Below are positions 1-11,657 of a DNA stretch of 64,000 bases, piece by piece (position 1 is the first letter of the stretch; every line of letters starts with the position of its first letter). The stretch lies in the NCBI GenBank assembly GCA_002269645.1, contig NIVC01003665.1, forward strand, positions 1 through 64,000, written 5' to 3'. The position numbers and the translations under genes were made by a program. The notes under the pieces are model-generated. The model was given only the letters and a program-made list of their open reading frames with translations. It did no database searches and was not told where the DNA came from. The DNA comes from Macrostomum lignano. Lineage: Eukaryota.

Positions 1-757
1 GAACCCTCCCCCCAGCTTTATACTATTACGTCTCGCAAAACTGAGTACAATCTTTGCAGCAAGTTAAAAGTATGGAAATAGTTTTTCAAATGCTGTGCTT
101 TTCTTTTCATATTTAAAGCAAACAACTTATATCCCCGAACTCCAGCGTTGCAAGATCTTTCAGCAATATCAGTTTCTCCTATCAAAGTTTAAAACTCGAG
201 GAACAGTTAGCGTTTAAAACTGTCTGATTTATTGCATTGAAGTATCGAGTGTACGTTGACTGCCTGCTTGCAAGTTGATGCATTGAATTTCAATGTCCAA
301 CAAATACACAGGGTGCCATTGAAAGGCAGGAAAACTTATCAGTAGCCATATCATTGCGCAATTATCTATACAGTCAGCCAGTGAGCCAGGGTCCAAGTGT
401 ACACACGCAGCCACTGAGAACGCTCCCAACCCCCACTGAAAGAAAATACACTACAGAGATAGGGAAAAGTTGTGGCGCAATCACTAAAAATTCGTGCATT
501 TTTTCAGCTCCAAGCAGAAAGAGGGCGACAATTAAGATTATCAAAGGTCAAGACCGCCGTTTTCTGCTTTTTTGAGGATCTTAGAAATTAAAATTTCAGA
601 ATTAAAATAGCCTATAGCCGACCTCGGATAATTTCCAATCTTCCCATATAAGTTTCAACGCTGAGTTGGCACTATTCAAGGAGGAGTTGTCGAAATGACA
701 GACAGACATACAGACAGACATACAGACAGACAAACAACGCGTCAACTTTAGTATATA
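1..757 (-). mobile_element. Helitron-like unit H0 (5' part; 3' end is off the window start)
   Basis: Minus strand begins TATATACTAAAGTTGACGCGTTGTTTGTCTGTCTG followed by GAAACTTATATGGGAAGAT...GGCTATAGGCTATTTT. Near-identical to the corresponding part of the other units. Confidence 0.7.
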
Positions 758-3226
758 CGAGTGGAACTCCTCCTTCGGAGGAGAAAGGGGAAGAACTCCC
801 ATCACCGGAATTCCATTTCCTGAAATATCCATCAACTGAAATTCCATGTCTTTAACCCTATCTTCCAAATCGTCTCCAAATTCTTTACAAAATCTTTCAA
901 AGACCATAGCTCAAAGACTCTCAAGTCTCTCATATCTCCTCTCTCCTCTCTCTCATCTCATCTCTACCCCTGCTCCCTTATTTATCTCTTCTCCCTCGTC
1001 TTTCGTCTGTACCCTCTCCTGTCTCTTGTCCCGTCTCTTCTCTCCATATCTCTCCCTCTTCTCTCCTCTCTCATATGTCATCTCTACTCACTTATCTATC
1101 GTCTCTCTTAACCCTCTCTGTCTCTTCTCTTTTCTCTTCTCTCAGCTCTCATTTATCATATCTCATATACGCTCTCACACTCTACTTTCTTGTCTCCCAT
1201 CTTTCTTTCCTTCTTTCCACTATCCCTGTCTCTTCTCTTCTCTCTTTTATATCCTCTCCATTCTCTCTTTTCTCCTCTCCTTGCTCCTTTGATCTTCTCC
1301 CCTCTCTTCTCTAATCTCTAATCTCTTCTCTCTTATGTTCTCACGCATCTCTTCTCATCGCATCTCTTATCTCTCCTCTCCTCACTACTTTCCTCTCTTA
1401 ACTCTCTCATCTCTGATCTTTCATCTCTCTCCTCTCTCCTCACTCTCTTCTCCTTTCGCTTCTCTCTCCTCTCTCTCCTCTCATCTCTACTACCTTATTT
1501 ATATCTTCTCCCTGGTCTTTCGTCTGCTCTCTCTCCTGTCTCCTTTCTCCCCTCTTTTCTCTTCTCTTCTCTCTCCTTTCCTCTCTCATCTCTCATCCCT
1601 CATCTCACTCTTTCTTTCTCCTCTACTCTCCCCTCTCTTCTATTTCCTCTGTACGCTCTTATCCCTCATCTATTCTCTCCTATTATCTCTCTTGTCTCCC
1701 TTGCTATCTCATATCTCCCCTCTCATCTCCTCTCTCCTCTTCTCTTCTCTCTCCCTCTTCGTTCCCGCCTTACTCCCCTCTTCTCTCCCATCTGTCATGT
1801 CTAATCTCCATTCATTTCTACTCTGTTTTCTATCATGTCATCGCTCTTCTCTTTTCATTCTTCTCTTTACTCTCTTCTCTGACTGATTGAAGATGCCAAA
1901 TCCATCAAGATCCTCTCTGCGAAGCAGAAATCTTGTCTGTGCAACTGAAAACCATCGAAATCCTCTCCGTAAAACTGGACTCCTTCGAAATCCTCTCATT
2001 AAAACTTAAATCCATCAAAATGGTCTTCATAAAACAGAAATCAATTATAAATTATCTCCGCGAAACAGAAATCCTCTCCGTGAAGCTGAACATCATCGAA
2101 ATCCTCTCTTCGTGAAACTGAACATCATCGAAATCCTCTCTTCGTGAAACTGAACATCATCGAAATCCTCTCCACGAAACAGAAATCCTCTCTGTCAAAT
2201 TAAAACATTGAAATCGTCTCCGCTAAACTGGACTCAATCAATTTTTTTCCGTCAAACAACTCAACTCCGGATTCATTGGTTAGGGTTAGGGTTAGGGTTA
2301 GGGTTAAAACTACGCACAGCTTCGTGTTAAAAGGCGCTGATAAAAATATTGAACTAATTGAATCAATTCATTGCGCAACCGATTTCACAGTCAGTCAGTA
2401 TCAGTCTAAGTTAAAGTTAACAAAAACATTGCGCAATCTAAATCAACCCTCCAATACACAGCAGCAGTGAGAAGTTGAACTCTCCCCCCAACTTTATCTA
2501 TTACGTCTCGCAAAACTGAGTACAATCTTTGCAGAAAGTTAAAAGTATGGAAATAGTTTTTCAAATTCTGTGCTTTTTCTTTACATATTTAAAGCAAACA
2601 ACTTATATCCCCGAACTCAGCGTTGCAAGATCTATCCAGCAATATAAGTTTCTCCTCTCAAAGTTTAAAACTCGAGGAACAGTTAGCGTTTGAAACTGTC
2701 TGATTTATAGCATTGAAGTATCGAGTGTACGTTCACTGCCTGCTTGCAAGTTGATGCATTGAATTTCAATGTCCAACAAATACACAGGACTGCCCATTGA
2801 AAGGCAGGAAAACTTATCAGTAGCCATATCATTGCGCAATTATCTATAAAGTCAGCCAGTGAGCCAGGGTCCAAGTGTACACACGCAGCCACTGAGAACG
2901 CTCCCACCCCCCACTGGAAAGAAAATACACTACAGAGATAGGGAAAAGTTGTGGCGCAATCACTAAAAATTCATGCATTTTTCAGCTCCAAGCAGAAAGA
3001 GGGGACAATTAAGATTATCAAAGGTCAAGACCGCCGTTTTCTGCTTTTTTGAGGATCTTAGAAATTAAAATTTCAGAATTAAAATAGCCTATAGCCGACC
3101 TCGGATAATTTCCAATCTTCCCATATAAGTTTCAACGCTGAGTTGCCACTATTCAAGGAGGAGTTGTCGAAATGACAGACACACAGACAGACAGACAGAC
3201 AAACAACACGTCAACTTTAGTATATA
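758..3226 (-). mobile_element. Non-autonomous Helitron-like unit H1 (2469 bp) in tandem array
   Basis: 5' TATATACTAAAG + (GTCT)n. 3' perfect hairpin CTCCTCC-GAA-GGAGGAG (767-783) then TTCCACTCG. Contains (TTAGGG)4, 30-bp subrepeats and a CT-rich cassette. Confidence 0.75.
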
Positions 3227-5441
3227 CGAGTGGAACTCCTCCTTCGGAGGAGAAAGGGGAAGAACTCCCATCACCGGAATTCTATTCCCTGAAATATCCA
3301 TCAACTGAAATTCCATGTCTTTAACCCTATCTTCCAAATCGTCTCCAAATTCTTTACAAAATCTTTCAAAGACCATAGCTCAAAGACTCTCACGTCTCTC
3401 ATATCTCCTCTCTCCTCTCTCTCATCTCATCTCTACCCCTGCTCCCTTATTTATCTCTTCTCCCTCGTCTTTCGTCTGTACCTTCTCCTGTCTTCTGTCT
3501 CCTCTCTTCACTCTTATCTCTCCCTCTTCTCTCCTCTCTCATATGTCATCTCTACTCACTTATCTATCGTCTCTCTTAACCCTCTATCTCTCTTCTCTTT
3601 TCTCTTCTCTCTGCTCTCATTTCTCATATTTCATATACGCTCTGACACTACTTTCTTGTCTCCCATCTTTCTTCCTCCTTTTCACTATCCCCTGTCTCTT
3701 CTCTTCTCTCTTTTCTATTCTCTCCATTCTCTCTTTTCTCCTTTCCTTGCTCCTTTCATCTCTCTCCTCTCTCCTCACTCTCTTCTCCTTTCGCTTCTCT
3801 CTCCTCTCTCTCCTCTCATCTTTACTACCTTATTTATATCTTCTCCCTAGTCTTTCGTCTGTACTCTCTCCTGTCTCCTCTCTCCCCTGCTCTCTCATCC
3901 CTCATCTCCTCATCTCACTCTTTCTTTCTCCTCTACTCTCCCCTCTCTTCTATTGCCTCTGTACGCTCTTATCCCTCATCTATTCTCTCTCCTATCATCT
4001 CCAATCTGTCATGTCTAATCTCTCCACTCAATTATACTCTGTTTTCTATCATCTCTTCTCTCTTCTCTTTTCAGTCTTCTATTTACTCTCTTCTCTGACT
4101 GATTGAAGATGCCAAATCCATCAAGATCCTCTCCGCGAAGCAAAAATCCTGTCTGTGCAACTAAAAACCATCGAAATCCTCTCCGTGAAACTGGACTCCT
4201 TCGAAATCCTCTCCTTGAAACTTAAATCCATCAAAATTGTTTCCATAAAACAGAAATCAATCATAAATTATCTCCGCGAAACAGAAAGCCTCTCCGTGAA
4301 GCTGAACATGATCGAAATCCTCTCCGTGAAACTGAACACCATGGAAATCCTTTCGTGAAACTGAACACCATCGAAATCCTCTCCACGAAACAGAAATCTT
4401 CTCCGTCAGAATTTAAACATTGAAATCGTCTCCGCTAAACTTGACTTAATCGAATTTTTTCCGTCAAACAACTCAACTCGCCAGATTCATTAGGCTAGGG
4501 TTAGGGTTAGGGTTAGGGTTAGGGTTAGGGTTAGAACTACGCACAGCTTCGTGTTAAAAGGCACAGATAAAAATATTGAACTAATTGAATCAATTCATTG
4601 CGCAACCGATTTCACAGTCAGTCAGTATCAGCCTCAGGTAAAGTTAACAAAAACATTGCGCAATCTAAATCAACCCTCCAATACACAGCAGCAGTGAGAA
4701 GTTGAACCCTCCCCCCAACAATCTTTGCAGATTAAAGTACAATCTTTGCAGAAAGTTAAAAGTATGGAAATAGTTTTTAAATGCTGTGCTTTTTCTTTTC
4801 ATATTTAAAGCAAACAACTTATATCCCCGAACTCAGCGTTGCAAGATCTTTCCAGCAATATAAGTTTCTCCTCTCAAAGTTTAAAACTCGAGGAACAGTT
4901 AGCGTTTGAAACTTTCTGATTTAAAGCATTGAAGTATCGAGTGTACGTTCACTGCCTGCTTGCAAGTTGATGCATTGAATTTCAATGTCCAACAAATACA
5001 CAGGACTGCCCATTGAAAGGCAGGAAAACTTATCAGTAGCCATATCATTGCGCAATTATCTATAAAGTCAGCCAGTGAGCCAGGGTCCAAGTGTACACAC
5101 GCAGCCACTGAGAACGCTCCCACCCCCCACTGGAAAGAAAATACACTACAGAGATAGGGAAAAGTTGTGGCGCAATCACTAAAAATTCATGCATTTTCAG
5201 CTCCAAGCAGAAAGAGGGGACAATTAAGATTATCAAAGGTCAAGACCGCCGTTTTCTGCTTTTTTGAGGATCTTAGAAATTAAAATTTCAGAATTAAAAT
5301 AGCCTATAGCCGACCTCGGATAATTTCCAATCTTCCCATATAAGTTTCAACGCTGAGTTGGCACTATTCAAGGAGGAGTTGTCGAAATGACAGACAGACA
5401 CACAGACAGACAGACAAACAACGCGTCAACTTTAGTATATA
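3227..5441 (-). mobile_element. Helitron-like unit H2 (2215 bp)
   Basis: Same termini. Hairpin at 3236-3252, junction CTCG|TATATACT at 3226/3227. Confidence 0.75.
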
Positions 5442-7649
5442 CGAGTGGAACTCCTCCTTCGGAGGAGAAAGGGGAAGAACTCCCATCACCGGAATTCTAT
5501 TCCCTGAAATATCCATCAACTGAAATTCCATGTCTTTAACCCTATCTTCCAAATCGTCTCCAAATTCTTTACAAAATCTTTCAAAGACCATAGCTCAAAG
5601 ACTCTCAAGTCTCTCATATCTCCTCTCTCCTCTCTTTCATCTCATCTCTACCCCTGTTCCCTTATTTATCTCTTCTCCCTCGTCTTTCGTCTGTACCTTC
5701 TCCTGTCTTCTGTCTCCTCTCTTCACTCTTATCTCTCCCTCTTCTCTCCTCTCTCATATGTCATCTCTACTCACTTATCTATCGTCTCTCTTAACCCTCT
5801 CTCTCTCTTCTCTTTTCTCTTCTCTCTGCTCTCATTTCTCATATTTCATATACGCTCTGACACTACTTTCTTATCTCCCATCTTTCTTCCTCCTTTTCAC
5901 TATCCCCTGTCTCTTCTCTTCTCTCTTTTCTATTCTCTCCATTCTCTCTTTTCTCCTTTCCTTGCTCCTTTCATCTCTCTCCTCTCTCCTCACTCTCTTC
6001 TCCTTTCGCTTCTCTCTCCTCTCTCTCCTCTCATCTTTACTACCTTATTTATATCTTCTCCCTAGTCTTTCGTCTGTACTCTCTCCTGTCTCCTCTCTCC
6101 CCTCCTCTCTCATCCCTCATCTCCTCATCTCCTCATCTCACTCTTTCTTTCTCCTCTACTCTCCCTCTCTTATATTGCCTCTGTACGCTCTTATCCCTCA
6201 TCTATTCTCTCTCCTATCATCTCCAATCGTCATGTCTAATCTCTCCACTCAATTTACTCTGTTTTCTATCATCTCTTCTCTCTTCTCTTTTCAGTCTTCT
6301 CTTTACTCTCTTCTCTGACTGATTGAAGATGCCAAATCCATCAAAATCCTCTCCGCGAAGCAAAAATCCTGTCTGTGCAACTAAAAACCATCGAAATCCT
6401 CTCAGTGAAACTGGACTCCTTCGAAATCCTCTCCTTGAAACCTGAATCCATCAAAATTGTTTCCATAAAACAGAAATCAATCATAAATTATCTCAGCGAA
6501 ACAGAAAGCCTCTCCGTGAAGCTGAACATGATCGAAATCCTCTCCGTGAAACTGAACACCATGGAAATCCTTTCGTGAAACTGAACATCATCGAAATCCT
6601 CTCCACGAAACAGAAATCTTCTCCGTCAGAATTTAAACATTGAAATCGTCTCCGCTAAACTTGACTTAATCGAATTTTTTCCGTCAAACAACTCAACTCG
6701 CCAGATTCATTAGGGTTAGGGTTAGGGTTAGGGTTAGAACTACGCACAGCTTCGTGTTAAAAGGCACAGATAAAAATATTGAACTAATTGAATCAATTCA
6801 TTGCGCAACCGATTTCACAGTCAGTCAGTATCAGCCTCAGGTAAAGTTAACAAAAGATTGCGCAATCTAAATCAACCCTCCAATCCACAGCTGTAGTGAG
6901 AAGTTGAACCCTCCCCCCAACTTTATCTATTACGTCTTGCAAAACTGAGTACAATATTTGCAAAAAGTTAAAAGTATGGAAATAGTTTTCCAAATGCTGT
7001 GCTTTTTCTTTTCATAGTTAAAGCAAACAACTTATATCCCCGAACTCAGCGTTGCAAGATCTTGCCAGCAATATAAGTTTCTCCTCTCAAAGTTTAAAAC
7101 TCGAGGAACAGTTAGCGTTTGAAACTGTCTGATTTATAGCATTGAAGTATCGAGTGTACGTTCACTGCCTGCTTGCAAGTTGATGCATTGAATTTCAATG
7201 TCCAACAAATACACAGGACTGCCCATTGATAGGCAGGAAAACTTATCAGTAGCCATATCATTGCGCAATTATCTATAAAGTCAGCCAGTGAGCCAGGGTC
7301 CAATTGTACACACGCCGCCAATGAGAACGCGCCCATTCCCCCACAGGAGAGAAAATGCACTGGCGACATAGGAAAAAGTTGTGGCGTAATCACTCAAAAT
7401 TTATGCCAATTTTCAGCTCCGAGCAGAAAGAGGGGACAATTAAGATTATCAAAGGTCAAGACCGCCGTTTTCTGCTTTTTTAGGGATCTTAAAAATTGAA
7501 AATGAAAGATTAAAATAGCCTAAAGCCATCCTCGGAAAATTTGCAGTTTTCCCATATAAGTTTCAACGCTGAGTTGCAAGTATTCTAGGAGGAGTTATCG
7601 AACTGACATACAGACAGACAAACAACGCGTCAACTTTAGTATATATAGA
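5442..7649 (-). mobile_element. Helitron-like unit H3 (~2208 bp)
   Basis: Hairpin at 5451-5467. Nearly identical to H2 over its 3' portion, including the shortened CT cassette. Confidence 0.75.
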
Positions 7650-10425
7650 GAGTGGAACTCCTCCTTCGGAGGAGAAAGGGGAAGAACTCCCATCACCGGA
7701 ATTCTATTCCCTGAAATATCCATCAACTGAAATTCCATGTCTTTAACCCTATCTTCCAAATCGTCTCCAAATTCTTTACAAAATCTTTCAAAGACCATAG
7801 CTCAAAGACTCTTACGTCTCTCATATCTACTCTCTCCTCTCTTCGCTATTATCGTGACTCGCTTCTCTCTCCTCTCTCTCATCTCATCTCTACCCCTACT
7901 CTCTTATTTATCTCTACTCCCTTATTTATCTCTTCTCCCTCGTCTTTCGTCTGTACCCTATCCTGTCTACTCTCCTATCTTCTATCTTATCTCTCCCCTT
8001 TTCTCTCCTCTCTCATATCTAATCTCTAATCACTTATCTATCGTCTCCGCTCTACTTTCTCTCTTCTTTTTTCTCTCTTCTCTCTGCTCTCATTTCTCGT
8101 ATCTCTTATACGCTTTCACCCTCTCCTTTCTTATCTCCCATCTTTCTTCCCTCCTTTCTACTGCATCACCTGTCTCCTCTCTTCTCTTTTCTCTCCTCTC
8201 CATTCTCTCTTCTCTACTCTCATCTCCCCTCATCTCTTCTCTAATCTCTAATCTCTTCTCTCTCTTATTTTCTCACTCATCTCTTTTCTCATTGCATCTC
8301 TCATCTCTCCTCTCTCTCTCTCCTCTCATCTGTACTATCTTTTTTATCTCTTCTCCCAGGTCTTTCAAATTTACTCTCTCCTGTCTCCTCTCTCCCCTCG
8401 TCTTTCCTCTCTCATATCTCTTCTCTACTCACTTATATATTCTCTCTCCTCTGCTCCCCTTTTACACTTTCCTATATGCTCTCACTCTCACCCTCCCCTT
8501 TCTTATCTGCTGTTTTTACACTCCTTTCTACCACCTGTCTCCTCTCGTTTCTCTCCTCTCTGCACTCTCATCTTTACCCTCTTCTTTCTCCTCACTACTT
8601 TCTTCTCTTAAATCTCTGATCTCTGATCTTTCATCTCTCTCCTCTCACCTCTCACCTCTCTCCTCTCTTTCCTCTCTTCTATTGCCTCTGTACGCTCTTG
8701 TCCCTCCTTTCTTCTCCATCCTGTCTCCTCTCTGCAATCTCATATCTCCTCTCTCATATCCTCTCCCTTCATCTCCTCTCTCCTCTTCTCTTCTCTCTCC
8801 TTCGTTCCCGCCTTACTTTCCTCTTCTCTCCCATCTGTCATGTCTAATCTCTCCACTCATTTCTACTCTGTTTTCTATCATCTCATCTCTCTTCTCTTTT
8901 CATTCTTCTCTTTACTCTCTTCTCTGACTGATTGAAGATGCCAAATCCATCAAGATCCTCTCCGCGAAGCAGAAATCCTGTCCGTGCAACTGAAAACCAT
9001 CGAAATCCTCTCCGTGAAACTGGACTCCTTCGAAATCCTCTCCTTGAAACTTAAATCCATCAAAATCGTCTCCATAAAACAGAAATCAATCATAAATTAT
9101 CTCCGCGAAACAGAAATCCTCTCTGTGAAGCTGAACATGATCGAAATCCTCTCCGTGAAACTGAACACCTTCGAAATCCTCTCCGTGAAACTGAACACCT
9201 TCGAAATCCTCTCCTTGAAACTTAAATCTATCAAAATCGTCTCCATAAAGCAGAAATCAATCATAAATTTAACTCCGCGAAACAGAAATCCTCTCCGTGA
9301 AGCTGAACATCATCAAAATCCTCTCCGTGAAACTGAGCACCATCGAAATCCTCTCCACGAAACAGAAATCCTCTTTGTCAAAATTAAAACATTGAAATCG
9401 TCTCCGCTAAACTGGACTCAATCAATTTTTTCCGTCAAACAACTCAACTCTCCGGATTCATTGGTTAGGGTTAGGGTTAGGGTTAGAACTACGCACAGCT
9501 TCGTGTTAAAAGGCACTGATAAACTATTGAACTAATTGAATCAATTCATTGCGCAACCGATTTCACAGTCAGTCAGTATCAGTCTCAGTTAAAGTTAACA
9601 AAAACATTGCGCAATCTAAATCAACCCTCCAATACAAAGCAACTGACCCCCTTCCTATACACAGCGCCAGTTGGAAGTCGAAACCCCCAACTTTATCTCT
9701 CACCTCTCGCCAAAATGAGTACAATCTTTGCAGAAAGTTTAAAGTATGGAAATAGTTTTTGCAATGCAGAGCTTTTAGTTTTCATATTTGAAGCAAACAA
9801 TTTATATCCCTGAAATCAGCTTTGCAAGTTCTTTCCAGCAATATAAATTTTTTCTCTCAAAGTTAAAAACTCGAGCAACAGTTTGCGTTTGAAACTTTCT
9901 GATTTAAAGCATTGAAATATCGATTGTACGTTCACTGCCTGCTAAAGAGGCCCGCAAGTTTATGCATTGAATTTCAACGTTCAACAAAATCACAGGGCTG
10001 CCTATTGAAAATTAGAACACAAATCTTTGCGCAATTGTCTATACAGTCAGCCAGTGAGCCAGGTCCGATTGTACACAGGCAGCCATTTAGAACGCCCCAT
10101 CCCCCCACTGGAGAGAAAATACACTGCAGAGATAGGGAAAAGTTGTGGCGCAATCACTTGAAATTCATGCAAATTTTCAGCTCCAAGCAGAAAGAGGGGA
10201 CAATTAAGATTATCAAAGGTCAAGACCGCCGTTTTCTGCTTTTTTGAGGATTTTAGAAATTAAAATTTCAGAATTAAAATAGCCTATAGCCGACCTCGGA
10301 TAATTTCCAATCTTCCCATATAAGTTTCAACGCTGAGTTGCCACTATTCAAGGAGGAGTTGTCGAAATGACAGACAGACACACAGACAGACAGACAAACA
10401 ACACGTCAACTTTAGTATATAGAGA
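7650..10425 (-). mobile_element. Helitron-like unit H4 (~2776 bp)
   Basis: Hairpin at 7658-7674. 5' end TCTCTATATACTAAAG at 10425. Longest CT cassette and extra 30-bp subrepeats. Confidence 0.75.
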
Positions 10426-11657
10426 CGAGGCCAACTCCTCCTTCGGAGAAGAAAGGGGAAGAACTCCAATCAGCGGAATTCCATTCCCTGAACTCCATAA
10501 GCGGAATCCCATTTTCCAACACCTCTCCGCGCAACAGAAATCGTCTCCGTGAAACTGAACACTATCGAAATCCTCTCCGTGAAACTGAACACCATCGAAA
10601 TATTCTCCGCGAAATAGAAATCCTCTCCGTGAAACTGGACTAAATCGAAATTTCTACGTCAAATAGCCCAGCTCTCAGAATTCATTGGTTAGGGTTAGGG
10701 TTAGGGTTGACAGCTGCGTGTTGAAAGGCGCCGTAAAAACATTGAACCAATTAAATTGCGCAACTTATTTCTCAGGCAGTCAGTATCAGCCTCAGTTAAA
10801 GTTAACAAAAAGATTGCGCAATCTAAATCAACCCTCAAATACACAGCAACCGACCCCCCTTCCAATACGCAGTGCAGCTAGAAATTGAACCCCCCTACCA
10901 ACTATTGGGGGGGGGGTCGGTCGAACCCCCATTGAACTCCAAAATGAGCAAAATCTTTGCAGAAAGCTAAAAGTATGAAAATCTTTTCTTGAATGCTGTG
11001 AATTTAATTTTCATATTTAAAGCAAAAAACTTATATCCCCGAACTCATTGCAGCAAGATCTTTCCAGCAATATAAGTCTCTCCTCTCTAAGTTCAAAACT
11101 CGAGCAACAGTTAGTGTTTGAAACTTTCTGATTTTAAGCATTGAAATATCGAGTGTACGTTCACTGCCTGCTAAAGATGCTCGCAAGTTTATGCATTAAA
11201 ATGCACTGAATTTCACTGTGCAAAAAATACACAGGGCTTCCTGTTAAAAAACAGAACACAAATAGTTGCGCAATTGTCTATAAAGTCAGTCAGTGAGCCA
11301 GGGTTCAAGTGTACACACGCAGCCACTGAGAACGCGACCATCCCCCCACTTGAGAGAAAATACACTGCCAAGATAGAAAAATTTTATGGCGCAATCACTA
11401 AAATTGATGCAAATTTTCAGCTCCAAGCAGAAAGAGGGGACAATTAAGATTATCAAAGGTCAAGACCGCCATTTTCTGCTTTTTTAGGGATCTTAAAAAT
11501 TGAAAATGAAAGATTAAAATAGCCTAAAGCCATCCTCGGAAAATTTGCAGTTTTCCCATATAAGTTTCAACGCTGACTTGCAAGTATTCTAGGAGGAGTT
11601 ATCCAACAAACACACACACACACACAGACAAACAACGCACCAACTTTAGTATTAAGA
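10426..11657 (-). mobile_element. Helitron-like unit H5 (1232 bp, no CT cassette)
   Basis: Junctions read CTCG|TC at both 10425/10426 and 11657/11658. Hairpin at 10435-10451 has one mismatch. Confidence 0.75.

Noticed and set aside
229-245. TTTATTGCATTG resembling the 3' end of a flatworm spliced-leader sequence (SL RNA array hypothesis)
   Set aside because: Present in one unit only (others read TTTATAGCATT), with no ATG|GT donor or Sm site. The unit ends fit a Helitron better.
602-907. Protein-like ORF MVFERFCKEFGDDLEDRVKDMEF... repeated in four units
   Set aside because: It runs across the hairpin/CTCG junction into the next unit's microsatellite, its end varies between copies, and no family is recognised. 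Conservation is explained by the tandem duplication.
846-8927. Long Ser/Leu-rich ORFs on +
   Set aside because: They are translations of CT-rich tracts that lack stop codons by composition.
1933-9535. EILSVKLN-repeat ORFs
   Set aside because: They are a by-product of the 30-bp subrepeat, with frameshifts between units.
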